Part shown: piece by piece, positions 17,535 through 24,984 of the stretch
Layout of the letters: every line of letters begins with the position of its first letter
Numbering within the stretch: the stretch's first letter is position 1
Assembly: GCA_964352335.1 (NCBI GenBank)
Contig: CAYGRO010000007.1
Location: 361-64,360, forward strand
Length of the DNA stretch: 64,000 nt
Reading direction: 5' to 3'
DNA from: an uncultured Gammaproteobacteria bacterium
GTDB taxonomy: Bacteria > Patescibacteriota > Patescibacteriia > VMEV01 > CAYQCH01
The notes under the pieces: generated by a model
The model's database searches: none
What the model saw: the letters and a program-made list of their open reading frames with translations, nothing else
What the model was told of the DNA's origin: nothing
Program-made: the position numbers and the translations under genes

Positions 17535-17852
17535 ATGAGTAAAATCGCTGTTATCAAAACAGGGGGGAAGCAATATAAGGTCAAAGAAAAGGATCTCATC
17601 AAGGTTGAGAAGCTAGAAATTGAAGAAGGTCAAACAGTGACTTTTGACGAAGTGCTTCTCGTAGCTGATGAAAACGGATCTGACGTTCAAATTGGTACTC
17701 CTACACTTTCTACAAAAGTAACTGGAAAAGTTCTTGAACAAGGACGAGCGAAAAAAGTGAATGTGGTTAAATACAAAGCCAAAACGCGTTACCACAAAAA
17801 ATACGGACATCGTCAACCATTTACAAAAATAGAGATTGAAAAAATCGCGTAA
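17535..17852 (+). CDS. rplU: 50S ribosomal protein L21
   Basis: 105 aa; MSKIAVIKTGGKQYKV… canonical L21 N-terminus. Confidence 0.9.
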   Translation: MSKIAVIKTGGKQYKVKEKDLIKVEKLEIEEGQTVTFDEVLLVADENGSDVQIGTPTLSTKVTGKVLEQGRAKKVNVVKYKAKTRYHKKYGHRQPFTKIEIEKIA

Positions 17853-17860
17853 AAAATTAA

Positions 17861-17920
17861 ATCCCTTTCTTGTCTAATAATCAATACTAATTGATTTCTA
17901 AACAAGGAAGGGATTTTTTC
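17861..17920 (+). terminator. Rho-independent terminator after rplU
   Basis: atccctttcttg…caaggaagggat 12-bp stem (1 GU) followed by tttttt. Confidence 0.65.
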
Positions 17921-17948
17921 GTCAACAGTCAACTATAGTTGGAGTGCT

Positions 17949-18104
17949 ATGGAAGTAGATTGGCTTGATCGGGCAAGCCAGATGGTGCTTGGTTTGTCAG
18001 CGCTATTAGTCATTGTCATCGTTGTGGCAATGATGTGGCTTTTCATTGGAGAACCGCTCTACTACCGCTGGAAGGAGGCATGCGATAAGCGGAAGTCGGC
18101 ATAG
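17949..18104 (+). CDS. Small single-TM protein (51 aa) in high-GC island 3
   Basis: SD GGAG 5 nt upstream; MEVDWLDRASQMVLGLSALLVIVIVVAMMWLFIGEPLYYRWKEACDKRKSA; not in ORF track (<60 aa). Confidence 0.35.
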   Translation: MEVDWLDRASQMVLGLSALLVIVIVVAMMWLFIGEPLYYRWKEACDKRKSA

Positions 18105-18131
18105 GTGGGAAGAGGCAGCAAGAGGGCAAGA

Positions 18132-18185
18132 CCTCGTTTTGTGAAAGCGTCAACACGCAATTATGAAACGAGGCTCTTCTTTTTT
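18132..18185 (+). terminator. Hairpin (8-bp stem, 26-nt loop) + T-rich run after island-3 ORF
   Basis: cctcgttt…aaacgagg then ctcttctttttt. Confidence 0.4.
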
Positions 18186-18963
18186 ACGAGGGGTTTTGTA
18201 ATGCTCCTACAACTTTTCTCACAAAATTTCGCGGGGAAATACGTGGTAATTGCGTAATGATTTTATTTACAATACCAGTGGTGACAATAACCTTTCTTTT
18301 TTCAATACCTTTTACAGCAAGTTGAGCAACTTTTTGAGATGTCATTACATTGCTATAGCGTAAGACTTTTAATGATTCCATTTCTGCTTCTTTTTGAAAT
18401 CCACTAATAGTTGGTCCCGGACAAATAGTCGTAATAGAGATACCAGTATCTTTTAGTTCTTCAGATAAAGCTTCAGAGAATGAAAGAACAAAAGCTTTTG
18501 TTGCATAGTAAACTGCCATATAAGGACCAGGTAAAAATGCAGCGACAGAAGCAATATTTACAATTTGCCCAGAAGTTCTTTTTTTCATTTGAGGTAGTAC
18601 CAATTTTGTTAATTCCACAAGAGTTGTGGTATTCAATTGAATCATATCTACTTCTCGATGAGAATCTGTTTCTTCAAATTTTCCAGCGAGCCCAAATCCA
18701 GCATTATTAATTAAAAGGTCAACAATAATACCTCTTGATTGCATTTGTTCAAATGCAACTTTTGCTGAACCAGGTTTTGCTAAATCAATAGGGAAGTAAC
18801 CAACGCGAATACCGTAATCTTCTTCTAAATTTTCTTTCACTCGTGTCAGTTTTCTTTCATCTCGAGAAAGTAAGAATAGGTCATATCCTTTTTGGGCATA
18901 AAGCTCACTTAGTTCGCGTCCAATGCCTCCCGAAGCACCCGTTATTACAACAGTTTTTTTCAT
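18184..18963 (-). CDS. Short-chain dehydrogenase/reductase (SDR)
   Basis: TGASGGIGRE Rossmann motif, NNAG, YxxxK catalytic motif (YYATK). Confidence 0.85.
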   Translation of the reverse strand: MKKTVVITGASGGIGRELSELYAQKGYDLFLLSRDERKLTRVKENLEEDYGIRVGYFPIDLAKPGSAKVAFEQMQSRGIIVDLLINNAGFGLAGKFEETDSHREVDMIQLNTTTLVELTKLVLPQMKKRTSGQIVNIASVAAFLPGPYMAVYYATKAFVLSFSEALSEELKDTGISITTICPGPTISGFQKEAEMESLKVLRYSNVMTSQKVAQLAVKGIEKRKVIVTTGIVNKIITQLPRISPRNFVRKVVGALQNPS

Positions 18964-19016
18964 AAAAGATTTGAGAATAAGGTCTTTATTTTATCAATTT
19001 GAGTCACTGTAATCAA

Positions 19017-19045
19017 TTGACAATGTCTATTTTCTTAGCTATAGT
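19017..19045 (+). promoter_or_regulatory. Consensus sigma70 promoter TTGACA-17-TATAGT for island-4 gene
   Basis: ttgaca atgtctattttcttagc tatagt; AT-rich host-like DNA directly abutting GC-rich ORF. Confidence 0.6.
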
Positions 19046-19069
19046 TTTATATCAACCAAGGAGGTTGCT

Positions 19070-19390
19070 ATGGCTGTTTTCTTGACGGCCGTAGTAGAAC
19101 TACCGGTCGGAACAAAGCGATATGCCGTCGACCTAACGGTTGACGTCGAAGAATTCGAGTCGGATTGCCCCTGTTATTGGTGCGACGGAATGGGGGCGCG
19201 CCTCGTTCTTATCAGCGCTTTACGCGTCTGGTCCACTCGCAAAAACAGGATTGTCTACCCCCAGCTACTTTATTGGATGGACGCAGTCTATGAAGCTGAG
19301 GAGCGACTTGGTGCTGGACGTCCGGTCTGCATCAACTGTTGGGACAGCGAGCTCTTGCCCTATGTGCGGGAGCGAGCATTGTTCAAATGA
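19070..19390 (+). CDS. Cys-rich small protein (106 aa), high-GC island 4; putative zinc-binding
   Basis: SD AAGGAGG 5 nt upstream; motifs DCPCYWCDG and CINCWD; no family recognised. Confidence 0.45.
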   Translation: MAVFLTAVVELPVGTKRYAVDLTVDVEEFESDCPCYWCDGMGARLVLISALRVWSTRKNRIVYPQLLYWMDAVYEAEERLGAGRPVCINCWDSELLPYVRERALFK

Positions 19391-19424
19391 GTCATCACTT
19401 GTCTGTGGTGGCTCTTTTCATTTT
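19391..19424 (+). terminator. Imperfect hairpin + T-tract after island-4 ORF
   Basis: gtcatcac…gtggtggc (2 GU) followed by tcttttcatttt. Confidence 0.4.
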
Positions 19425-20055
19425 AGGACAATAATATTTTCAAATAATTCTTAAGTGGGGTGAGTGCTAATTGTGACCATTCTTCAATAACACAATTATC
19501 ATCTGCGCAAAGCGCTTCCAATTTATCCAGTGAAATAAAAGAACCTTGAGCGATTTCTTTTGCTAAATTTAGTTCGGTTGAATTTGATTTGATTAAATAC
19601 AATAAACCAAAATGCACTTTTCCTACAGCATTTGTATCATCATTTATATAACCTAAAGGCGTAATTGTTGCTAAATCAAATAACCCCAATTCTTCTTCTA
19701 TTTCTCGTAATAAACTTGTATAAATAGGATTGTGATTCTCTGCATCTTCTTTATCTATATGTCCACCTATACCCCAAGACCATTTTCCATGTAAACGGTC
19801 TTCAGTTGCATGTTCTTTTTTTGACGCTCTTTGATAGGCAAAGAGCTCATTTTTTTCGTTAGTAATAAGGCAATAGGCAATTGGCTGTTGAAAGGTGTCA
19901 TCGTTTTCTGCTAATCCTCGTTTGAGATATTCAAAGTTATCAAGAATAAGGTTTTCATAATCATATTGGTCATGCGCAAGGAAACCTTGAAAATAGTTAT
20001 TCGCAAATAATGTTTCTCGTTTGATTACAAGAATTTCTTTTTCCATTTTATCCAT
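19423..20055 (-). CDS. NUDIX-family hydrolase
   Basis: Nudix box GGHIDKEDAENHNPIYTSLLREIEEELG. Confidence 0.65.
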   Translation of the reverse strand: MDKMEKEILVIKRETLFANNYFQGFLAHDQYDYENLILDNFEYLKRGLAENDDTFQQPIAYCLITNEKNELFAYQRASKKEHATEDRLHGKWSWGIGGHIDKEDAENHNPIYTSLLREIEEELGLFDLATITPLGYINDDTNAVGKVHFGLLYLIKSNSTELNLAKEIAQGSFISLDKLEALCADDNCVIEEWSQLALTPLKNYLKILLS

Positions 20056-20090
20056 AAGAGGGGAGAGTAATAATTGTATGACTCAAATTA

Positions 20091-21641
20091 TCACTCTTTG
20101 AGGCTTTCTGCAATTTGTGCTTTAGCAAAATCATTTACCCATTTTTTCGAGAGGTTAAATTCTTGCCAAGGGAGTTTTTCTTCAGGCGTATAGCTGACAA
20201 TAGGATAACATGCTTCAGGCTCTGCACAGATTTTGATTAAATCATATAGATCTAGATCTAAAACCATTAGTTTGTAGTTTTGCTTTTGTGAAAAATCGAG
20301 TATTGTTGGTATTGCGTCTTCGGAAAGATTATTTGTAAGATACGAAAGATCAATGCGTTCGTTTGCATGAAATCGTTCAATATTTTTTAAGGTGATTAAT
20401 TTGTCTACATTTACAAAAGAAAGAATGATCCAGCCAGTAAGTCCTATAACAAGCACAGGCTTTAAGAAGCTAAATTCTTGTTTCCAGATCTTTAGAACTG
20501 CAGAGATCAAGCAAATACCTAAAAAGAGCATAAACGCATGAACAAAAAATCGTGTATACGTAAATCCATAGGCTTGTTCATATAAACTCAAACGAAGATG
20601 AGACGAGTAAAGAATAATTGTTGTGACAAGAATCAAAAAACTTGAAAGGATTTGTCGTGTTTTTGTGGTCTCGTTACTTTTTTTCGTGGTAAAAACGGAA
20701 AATCCTAAGATAAGAGATAGATTGATAAGTGTAATAGCAATTAATTCACCAAAGCCTCGACGGGCATATTCGGCAAAGGTCATATTTTCTAGAAAACTAA
20801 GATCAGCTCCATGGAAAAAATACGCAAATTGAACGATTACAAAAACAAAATAAATAATATTTACTAGAGAAAGAATAGTAATCGTCGTTACAGGTAAAAT
20901 ACTTGACTTAAACTCAGTTGTTTTGTCGGCTGAGGTGTTTTTTTCAGATGCTATCATCCAGGTAAAAGCGGCTAATCCCCAAAAGGCGATTAAGGTGATA
21001 ATAATCCTTCCAATTAATTCATCAGCTATATCGATTTGTATAACGGAAGTGAAGTCAAGTAAAAGTTGATTAAATACTGGATCTGCAGAAGCAAGAAGTG
21101 CAAGAATAATAAATAAAAGCGGGCTGGCAATAATGATTGCTTTAAGTATTTGTTTGTAGACAGGGGATGAGTGTGATTTTTTAAATTGAAGCAAATTAGC
21201 AAAAGAGCGAATAGGTGTGGGCAATTGCTCAAGTAGTTTCACGAGCATTCGTGGGAAGAATTCCCAAACAAAAGAGAGGTCAAACCAAGGGGATTGACTC
21301 CATCCAGTGAGCAAAATTCCACTTGAAAGTGCTAGTACAGGTATAAGCAAGAAGTTAAGTGCGATAATGACCTTAGATTTAAAGATCAAGAAAACAAAAG
21401 AGAGTAGGATAGATGAAGCCATTGTGACCCAGCCTGCAAGAGACTTTTTTTCAATACGTTCCCAAAAAAGTGAGAGATAGCCAATAAAAAGACTCATAAG
21501 AAAAAGGGGGTAATTAATACCCAATCCATGATCAAAAAAAAGCCACTGGAAAAGAGTGGCTAGTAGAAGGGGGATAGCAAAGAAAAGAAATTGTTTCTTT
21601 TTTGAAAAGCGTGCATGAAGTGGTTTTTTTAGTATGTCCAT
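20091..21641 (-). CDS. Hypothetical polytopic membrane protein (516 aa)
   Basis: ~12 hydrophobic helices; no family recognised. Confidence 0.45.
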   Translation of the reverse strand: MDILKKPLHARFSKKKQFLFFAIPLLLATLFQWLFFDHGLGINYPLFLMSLFIGYLSLFWERIEKKSLAGWVTMASSILLSFVFLIFKSKVIIALNFLLIPVLALSSGILLTGWSQSPWFDLSFVWEFFPRMLVKLLEQLPTPIRSFANLLQFKKSHSSPVYKQILKAIIIASPLLFIILALLASADPVFNQLLLDFTSVIQIDIADELIGRIIITLIAFWGLAAFTWMIASEKNTSADKTTEFKSSILPVTTITILSLVNIIYFVFVIVQFAYFFHGADLSFLENMTFAEYARRGFGELIAITLINLSLILGFSVFTTKKSNETTKTRQILSSFLILVTTIILYSSHLRLSLYEQAYGFTYTRFFVHAFMLFLGICLISAVLKIWKQEFSFLKPVLVIGLTGWIILSFVNVDKLITLKNIERFHANERIDLSYLTNNLSEDAIPTILDFSQKQNYKLMVLDLDLYDLIKICAEPEACYPIVSYTPEEKLPWQEFNLSKKWVNDFAKAQIAESLKE

Positions 21642-21699
21642 ACAAAGAAAAAGATAAGTAGTGATACAGATTAAAACGGAGGAGTTAAAAAAATCTTAC

Positions 21700-21731
21700 A
21701 AAAAATAGCATCTATGCGATGCTATTTTTTG
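21700..21731. terminator. Bidirectional rho-independent terminator
   Basis: aaaaa atagcatc tatgc gatgctat ttttt; A-tract upstream and T-tract downstream. Confidence 0.65.
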
Positions 21732-21746
21732 ATCTACCAAATGAGC

Positions 21747-22154
21747 TTATTTCCAAATGGCTAATAATCCACCGATAAGCAATACCCAGACTAATTGATA
21801 GGTAATAAAAATAGTATAAAGAGGCATTTTTCTGTCTTCATACGCTTTGATAATCAAATGAGTTGATGCAATAAAACCAAGCCACGCCCAGAAACCTGTC
21901 ATCGCACCTTGTGCAAATGTAGTTGCTTCTGTTAGTGAAACAAAGTAAGCAAGAACCCATGCAAGAACGAGACTAGAAAGAAAGCTAATTCCCATCGCTT
22001 TAAGGGCATCTTCTTTTTTGATGTCTTCTGGCTTTTTATTCATGGCTTTCATCCATGCTTTTCCAAAAAACATTGGTGCATACCAGAATGCTCCAATAAT
22101 CATATAAATGACTCCGCTGACAAAGACTGCTAGTAAATTGATGTTTTCGAGCAT
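21747..22154 (-). CDS. DUF1761-family membrane protein
   Basis: 135 aa, 4 TM, N-terminal YMIIGAFWYAPMFFGKAW pattern. Confidence 0.5.
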   Translation of the reverse strand: MLENINLLAVFVSGVIYMIIGAFWYAPMFFGKAWMKAMNKKPEDIKKEDALKAMGISFLSSLVLAWVLAYFVSLTEATTFAQGAMTGFWAWLGFIASTHLIIKAYEDRKMPLYTIFITYQLVWVLLIGGLLAIWK

Positions 22155-22182
22155 ATTAAAAAGAATAAAGATTAAAAATAGC

Positions 22183-22800
22183 CTAAATTTTAGTTCTTCC
22201 CTTAATGGCTTTACTCAATGTTACCTCATCTGCATATTCAACAACAGACCCCATTGGAAGTCCTTGGGCAAGGCGAGAAAGGGCAATACCTTTGTTTTGT
22301 AATAACTTTTGTAAGTATAACACAGTCGCTTCACCTTCATAATCAGAATTAAAGGCGAAAATAATTTCATTTACACGAGTTGATTCAATGCGAGCAAGTA
22401 ATTGTTTCACATTTAATAATTCAGGTGTAATCCCTTCTAGTGGATTAATATTTCCACCAAGCACATGATAAACGCCGTGGAATTCTCCACTATGTTCAAT
22501 TGCTGCTAGGTCATGATTTTCTGCAACGATGCAAATGGTAGATGTATCTCTTTTTTCATCGCGACAGATTTCGCAATATTCTTGTTGAGAAAAGTTTTGA
22601 CAGGTTTTACAGAATTGAATTGTTTCGTGCAATTCAGTTAAAACATCGGCAAAGTTTTTAATTTGATGTTTAGGTTGTTTGAGCAAATAAAAAACCAGCT
22701 TCTCAGCGGATTTTGGTCCAATACCGGGAAGTCGGTCAAAATGATCGATTAGGTTTTTTATTGGTTCAGGGAAACGCAGCATTCCTTTTACAATTGACAA
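22183..22800 (-). CDS. recR: Recombination protein RecR
   Basis: HhH (RLPGIGPKSAEKL), C4 zinc finger CKTCQNF…CEIC, Toprim domain. Confidence 0.9.
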   Translation of the reverse strand: MSIVKGMLRFPEPIKNLIDHFDRLPGIGPKSAEKLVFYLLKQPKHQIKNFADVLTELHETIQFCKTCQNFSQQEYCEICRDEKRDTSTICIVAENHDLAAIEHSGEFHGVYHVLGGNINPLEGITPELLNVKQLLARIESTRVNEIIFAFNSDYEGEATVLYLQKLLQNKGIALSRLAQGLPMGSVVEYADEVTLSKAIKGRTKI

Positions 22801-22806
22801 TTAACC

Positions 22807-22840
22807 ACTGACAACTGACATCTCTTCGTCAGTGGTCAGT
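22807..22840 (-). other. Intercistronic hairpin between ybaB and recR
   Basis: actgacaactgac-atctcttc-gtcagtggtcagt (13-bp stem, 1 mismatch). Confidence 0.5.
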
Positions 22841-22857
22841 AGTCAGTTGTTAGTTGT

Positions 22858-23145
22858 TTACGAGAGTCCTGGGAAATCAAAGTCTCCAGATTGTTGAAGC
22901 TTCAGTGCCATCGCTTTTTGTACTTTTTTAACAGTTTCATTTACCGCATCTACCAAAGAAGCTTCCATTCGTGTTTTATCTTGTAATAATTCGTCAGAAA
23001 CGATGATGGTGTGAACTTTTTGGTTACCATCCATAGTGATTTTTACACCTTTTGTTTCATGTTCAATCATTTCATCTCCTAAAACTGATTGAATTTTTTT
23101 CGCTTGGTCACGTAAGTCTTTGATTTGTTTAAGTTTGTTGAACAT
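22858..23145 (-). CDS. ybaB: Nucleoid-associated protein YbaB/EbfC
   Basis: 95 aa; typical YbaB length and position upstream of recR. Confidence 0.8.
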   Translation of the reverse strand: MFNKLKQIKDLRDQAKKIQSVLGDEMIEHETKGVKITMDGNQKVHTIIVSDELLQDKTRMEASLVDAVNETVKKVQKAMALKLQQSGDFDFPGLS

Positions 23146-23167
23146 AAGTATTGAGTTTACGAATTAG

Positions 23168-23244
23168 TGATACGAATCTGCGAATACATTCGAATCTACA
23201 AATGGATTATTCGTAGATTAGCATACATTCGCAGATTGGCATCA
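23168..23244. repeat. Imperfect 32-bp-arm inverted repeat between dnaB and ybaB
   Basis: tgatacgaatctgcgaatacattcgaatctac / gtagattagcatacattcgcagattggcatca, 26/32 complementary. Confidence 0.55.
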
Positions 23245-23248
23245 TACC

Positions 23249-24673
23249 TTAGAATTTAGGGATATTTATTGGTGCCATTGGCGGTGGTGGGGTTGCCGGT
23301 GGTAATGGTGGTGGGGCGGAAGCTTGTAAATGCCTTTTCTCGAGATTTTTGTAACTTACTTTAGATCCATCGAAGAAGAGTTTTACAACACCTGTTGGTC
23401 CATTACGATGCTTCGCGATATGTATTTCTCCAATATTTTTTTCTTCTGGCGTTAATTCTTCTGGTCGGTAATTTCTATCTGCAGCTTTTCTATAAATAAA
23501 CATTACAATATCTGCATCTTGCTCGATAGACCCAGATTCACGAAGATGAGAAAGTTTTGGAATCGCTGGTTTTGTTTGTTCAACCGCACGTGAAAGCTGA
23601 GAAAGCGCAATAATTGGGATATTTAGCTCACGAGCAATTTGTTTAAGCGCACGAGAAATTTCAGAAATTTCTTGGGTACGGTTTTCTTTACTTCGGCCTT
23701 CCATTAATTGTAGGTAATCGATAATAAGAAGTCCTAGTCCATGCTCGGTTTGTAGTCGTCGAGCTTTGGTTCTAATTTCCATGATATTTGCTCCGGCATT
23801 ATCGTCTATAAAAATTGGGGCTTCAGATAATACCCCCATGGCATGACCAAGTTTAGGAAAATCTTGTGATTCTGGTCCATCAGAGAGTTTTCCTGTTCTC
23901 ATTTTCCATAAATCAATATCTGCTTGCGAACAAAGTAACCGGTCAACAAGTTGTTCTTTACTCATTTCCAGACTAAAAATTCCAATAGGGATTTTCTCAT
24001 TTACTGCAATATGACGAGCAATATCCAAGGCAAAGGTTGTTTTACCTACAGATGGACGAGCAGCCAAGATAATAAGATCAGATTTTTGAAAACCAGCTAA
24101 AAGATTATCTAATTCAGTAAAGCCAGAAGCAATACCTCGGATTTTACCACCATCTCTATGCAAAATATCAATACGCTCAAAAGCAGCACTTAAGACATCT
24201 CTTACGGGAGCAAAGTTTTGTTTTAAAAAGTTTTGTGAAACAGCAAAAATAGATTGTTCGGCTTTATCTAGCAATCCGTCTAATTCGTCTTCTTCATTGA
24301 AAGCCATTTCACTAATTTCAGAAGCGGCTCCTTGTAAACGTCTTAGTGTAGATTTTTTACTGATGATATCTGCGTAATTTTTTACATGAGCAGAAGAGGG
24401 GACGCGACTAGCAAGCCCAGTTAAAAAAGATCGTCCACCAACTGCTTCTAATTTTCCTTGTTCATCTAATTTATTAGAAAGTGTTAATAAATCGATTGGT
24501 TCTTGGTTTCCATAAAGATCAAGCATTGCTCGATAAACTGTTGCATGCTGAGATCGGTAAAAATCTTCTGGTCGCAATGAATCAGCCACTTTAATCATGG
24601 CATTTTTATCGATAAGTAATGATCCTAAAATGGATTCTTCTGCATCTAAATTATGTGGAGGGATACGTTCCAT
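23249..24673 (-). CDS. dnaB: Replicative DNA helicase DnaB with Pro-rich C-terminal extension
   Basis: Walker A GKTTFAL, H2/H3/H4 motifs; probable start MERIPPHNLDAEESILG at 24673; C-terminus …APPPLPPATPPPPMAPINIPKF. Confidence 0.9.
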   Translation of the reverse strand: MERIPPHNLDAEESILGSLLIDKNAMIKVADSLRPEDFYRSQHATVYRAMLDLYGNQEPIDLLTLSNKLDEQGKLEAVGGRSFLTGLASRVPSSAHVKNYADIISKKSTLRRLQGAASEISEMAFNEEDELDGLLDKAEQSIFAVSQNFLKQNFAPVRDVLSAAFERIDILHRDGGKIRGIASGFTELDNLLAGFQKSDLIILAARPSVGKTTFALDIARHIAVNEKIPIGIFSLEMSKEQLVDRLLCSQADIDLWKMRTGKLSDGPESQDFPKLGHAMGVLSEAPIFIDDNAGANIMEIRTKARRLQTEHGLGLLIIDYLQLMEGRSKENRTQEISEISRALKQIARELNIPIIALSQLSRAVEQTKPAIPKLSHLRESGSIEQDADIVMFIYRKAADRNYRPEELTPEEKNIGEIHIAKHRNGPTGVVKLFFDGSKVSYKNLEKRHLQASAPPPLPPATPPPPMAPINIPKF

Positions 24674-24784
24674 GTCGAGAATTGTATACTTGTTTAGGGT
24701 GGTTATTTTAACCCATCTCAGCTTGTTGAGCAATCTCACAGTATAGCCACAGGTTTTACACAAAACAAAAATCTCAGCATTGCT

Positions 24785-24860
24785 GAGATTTTTGTGGTGG
24801 GCCCGCTGGGATTCGAACCCAGGACCATTAGCTTAAAAGGCTACTGCTCTACCAACTGAG
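24785..24860 (-). tRNA. tRNA-Lys (anticodon UUU), CCA encoded
   Basis: Cloverleaf: acceptor GGGCTCG/CGGGCCC, D-arm GCTC…GAGC, anticodon loop CTTTTAA, T-arm CTGGG TTCGAAT CCCAG. Confidence 0.85.
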
Positions 24861-24984
24861 CTACGAGCCCATTTATATACAATAATATCTAGAACCTATA
24901 AATAAGTAATAAGACATATAATATAAAAATGACGCCATGCATTCACTGCAAAGCGTGAGAAAATCATAACATAAATCATTTTCT

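Noticed and set aside
19140-19454. Alternative +2-frame ORF (104 aa) in island 4
   Set aside because: It has no SD, overlaps the SD-supported 19070..19390 frame, and runs into the NUDIX gene on the other strand.
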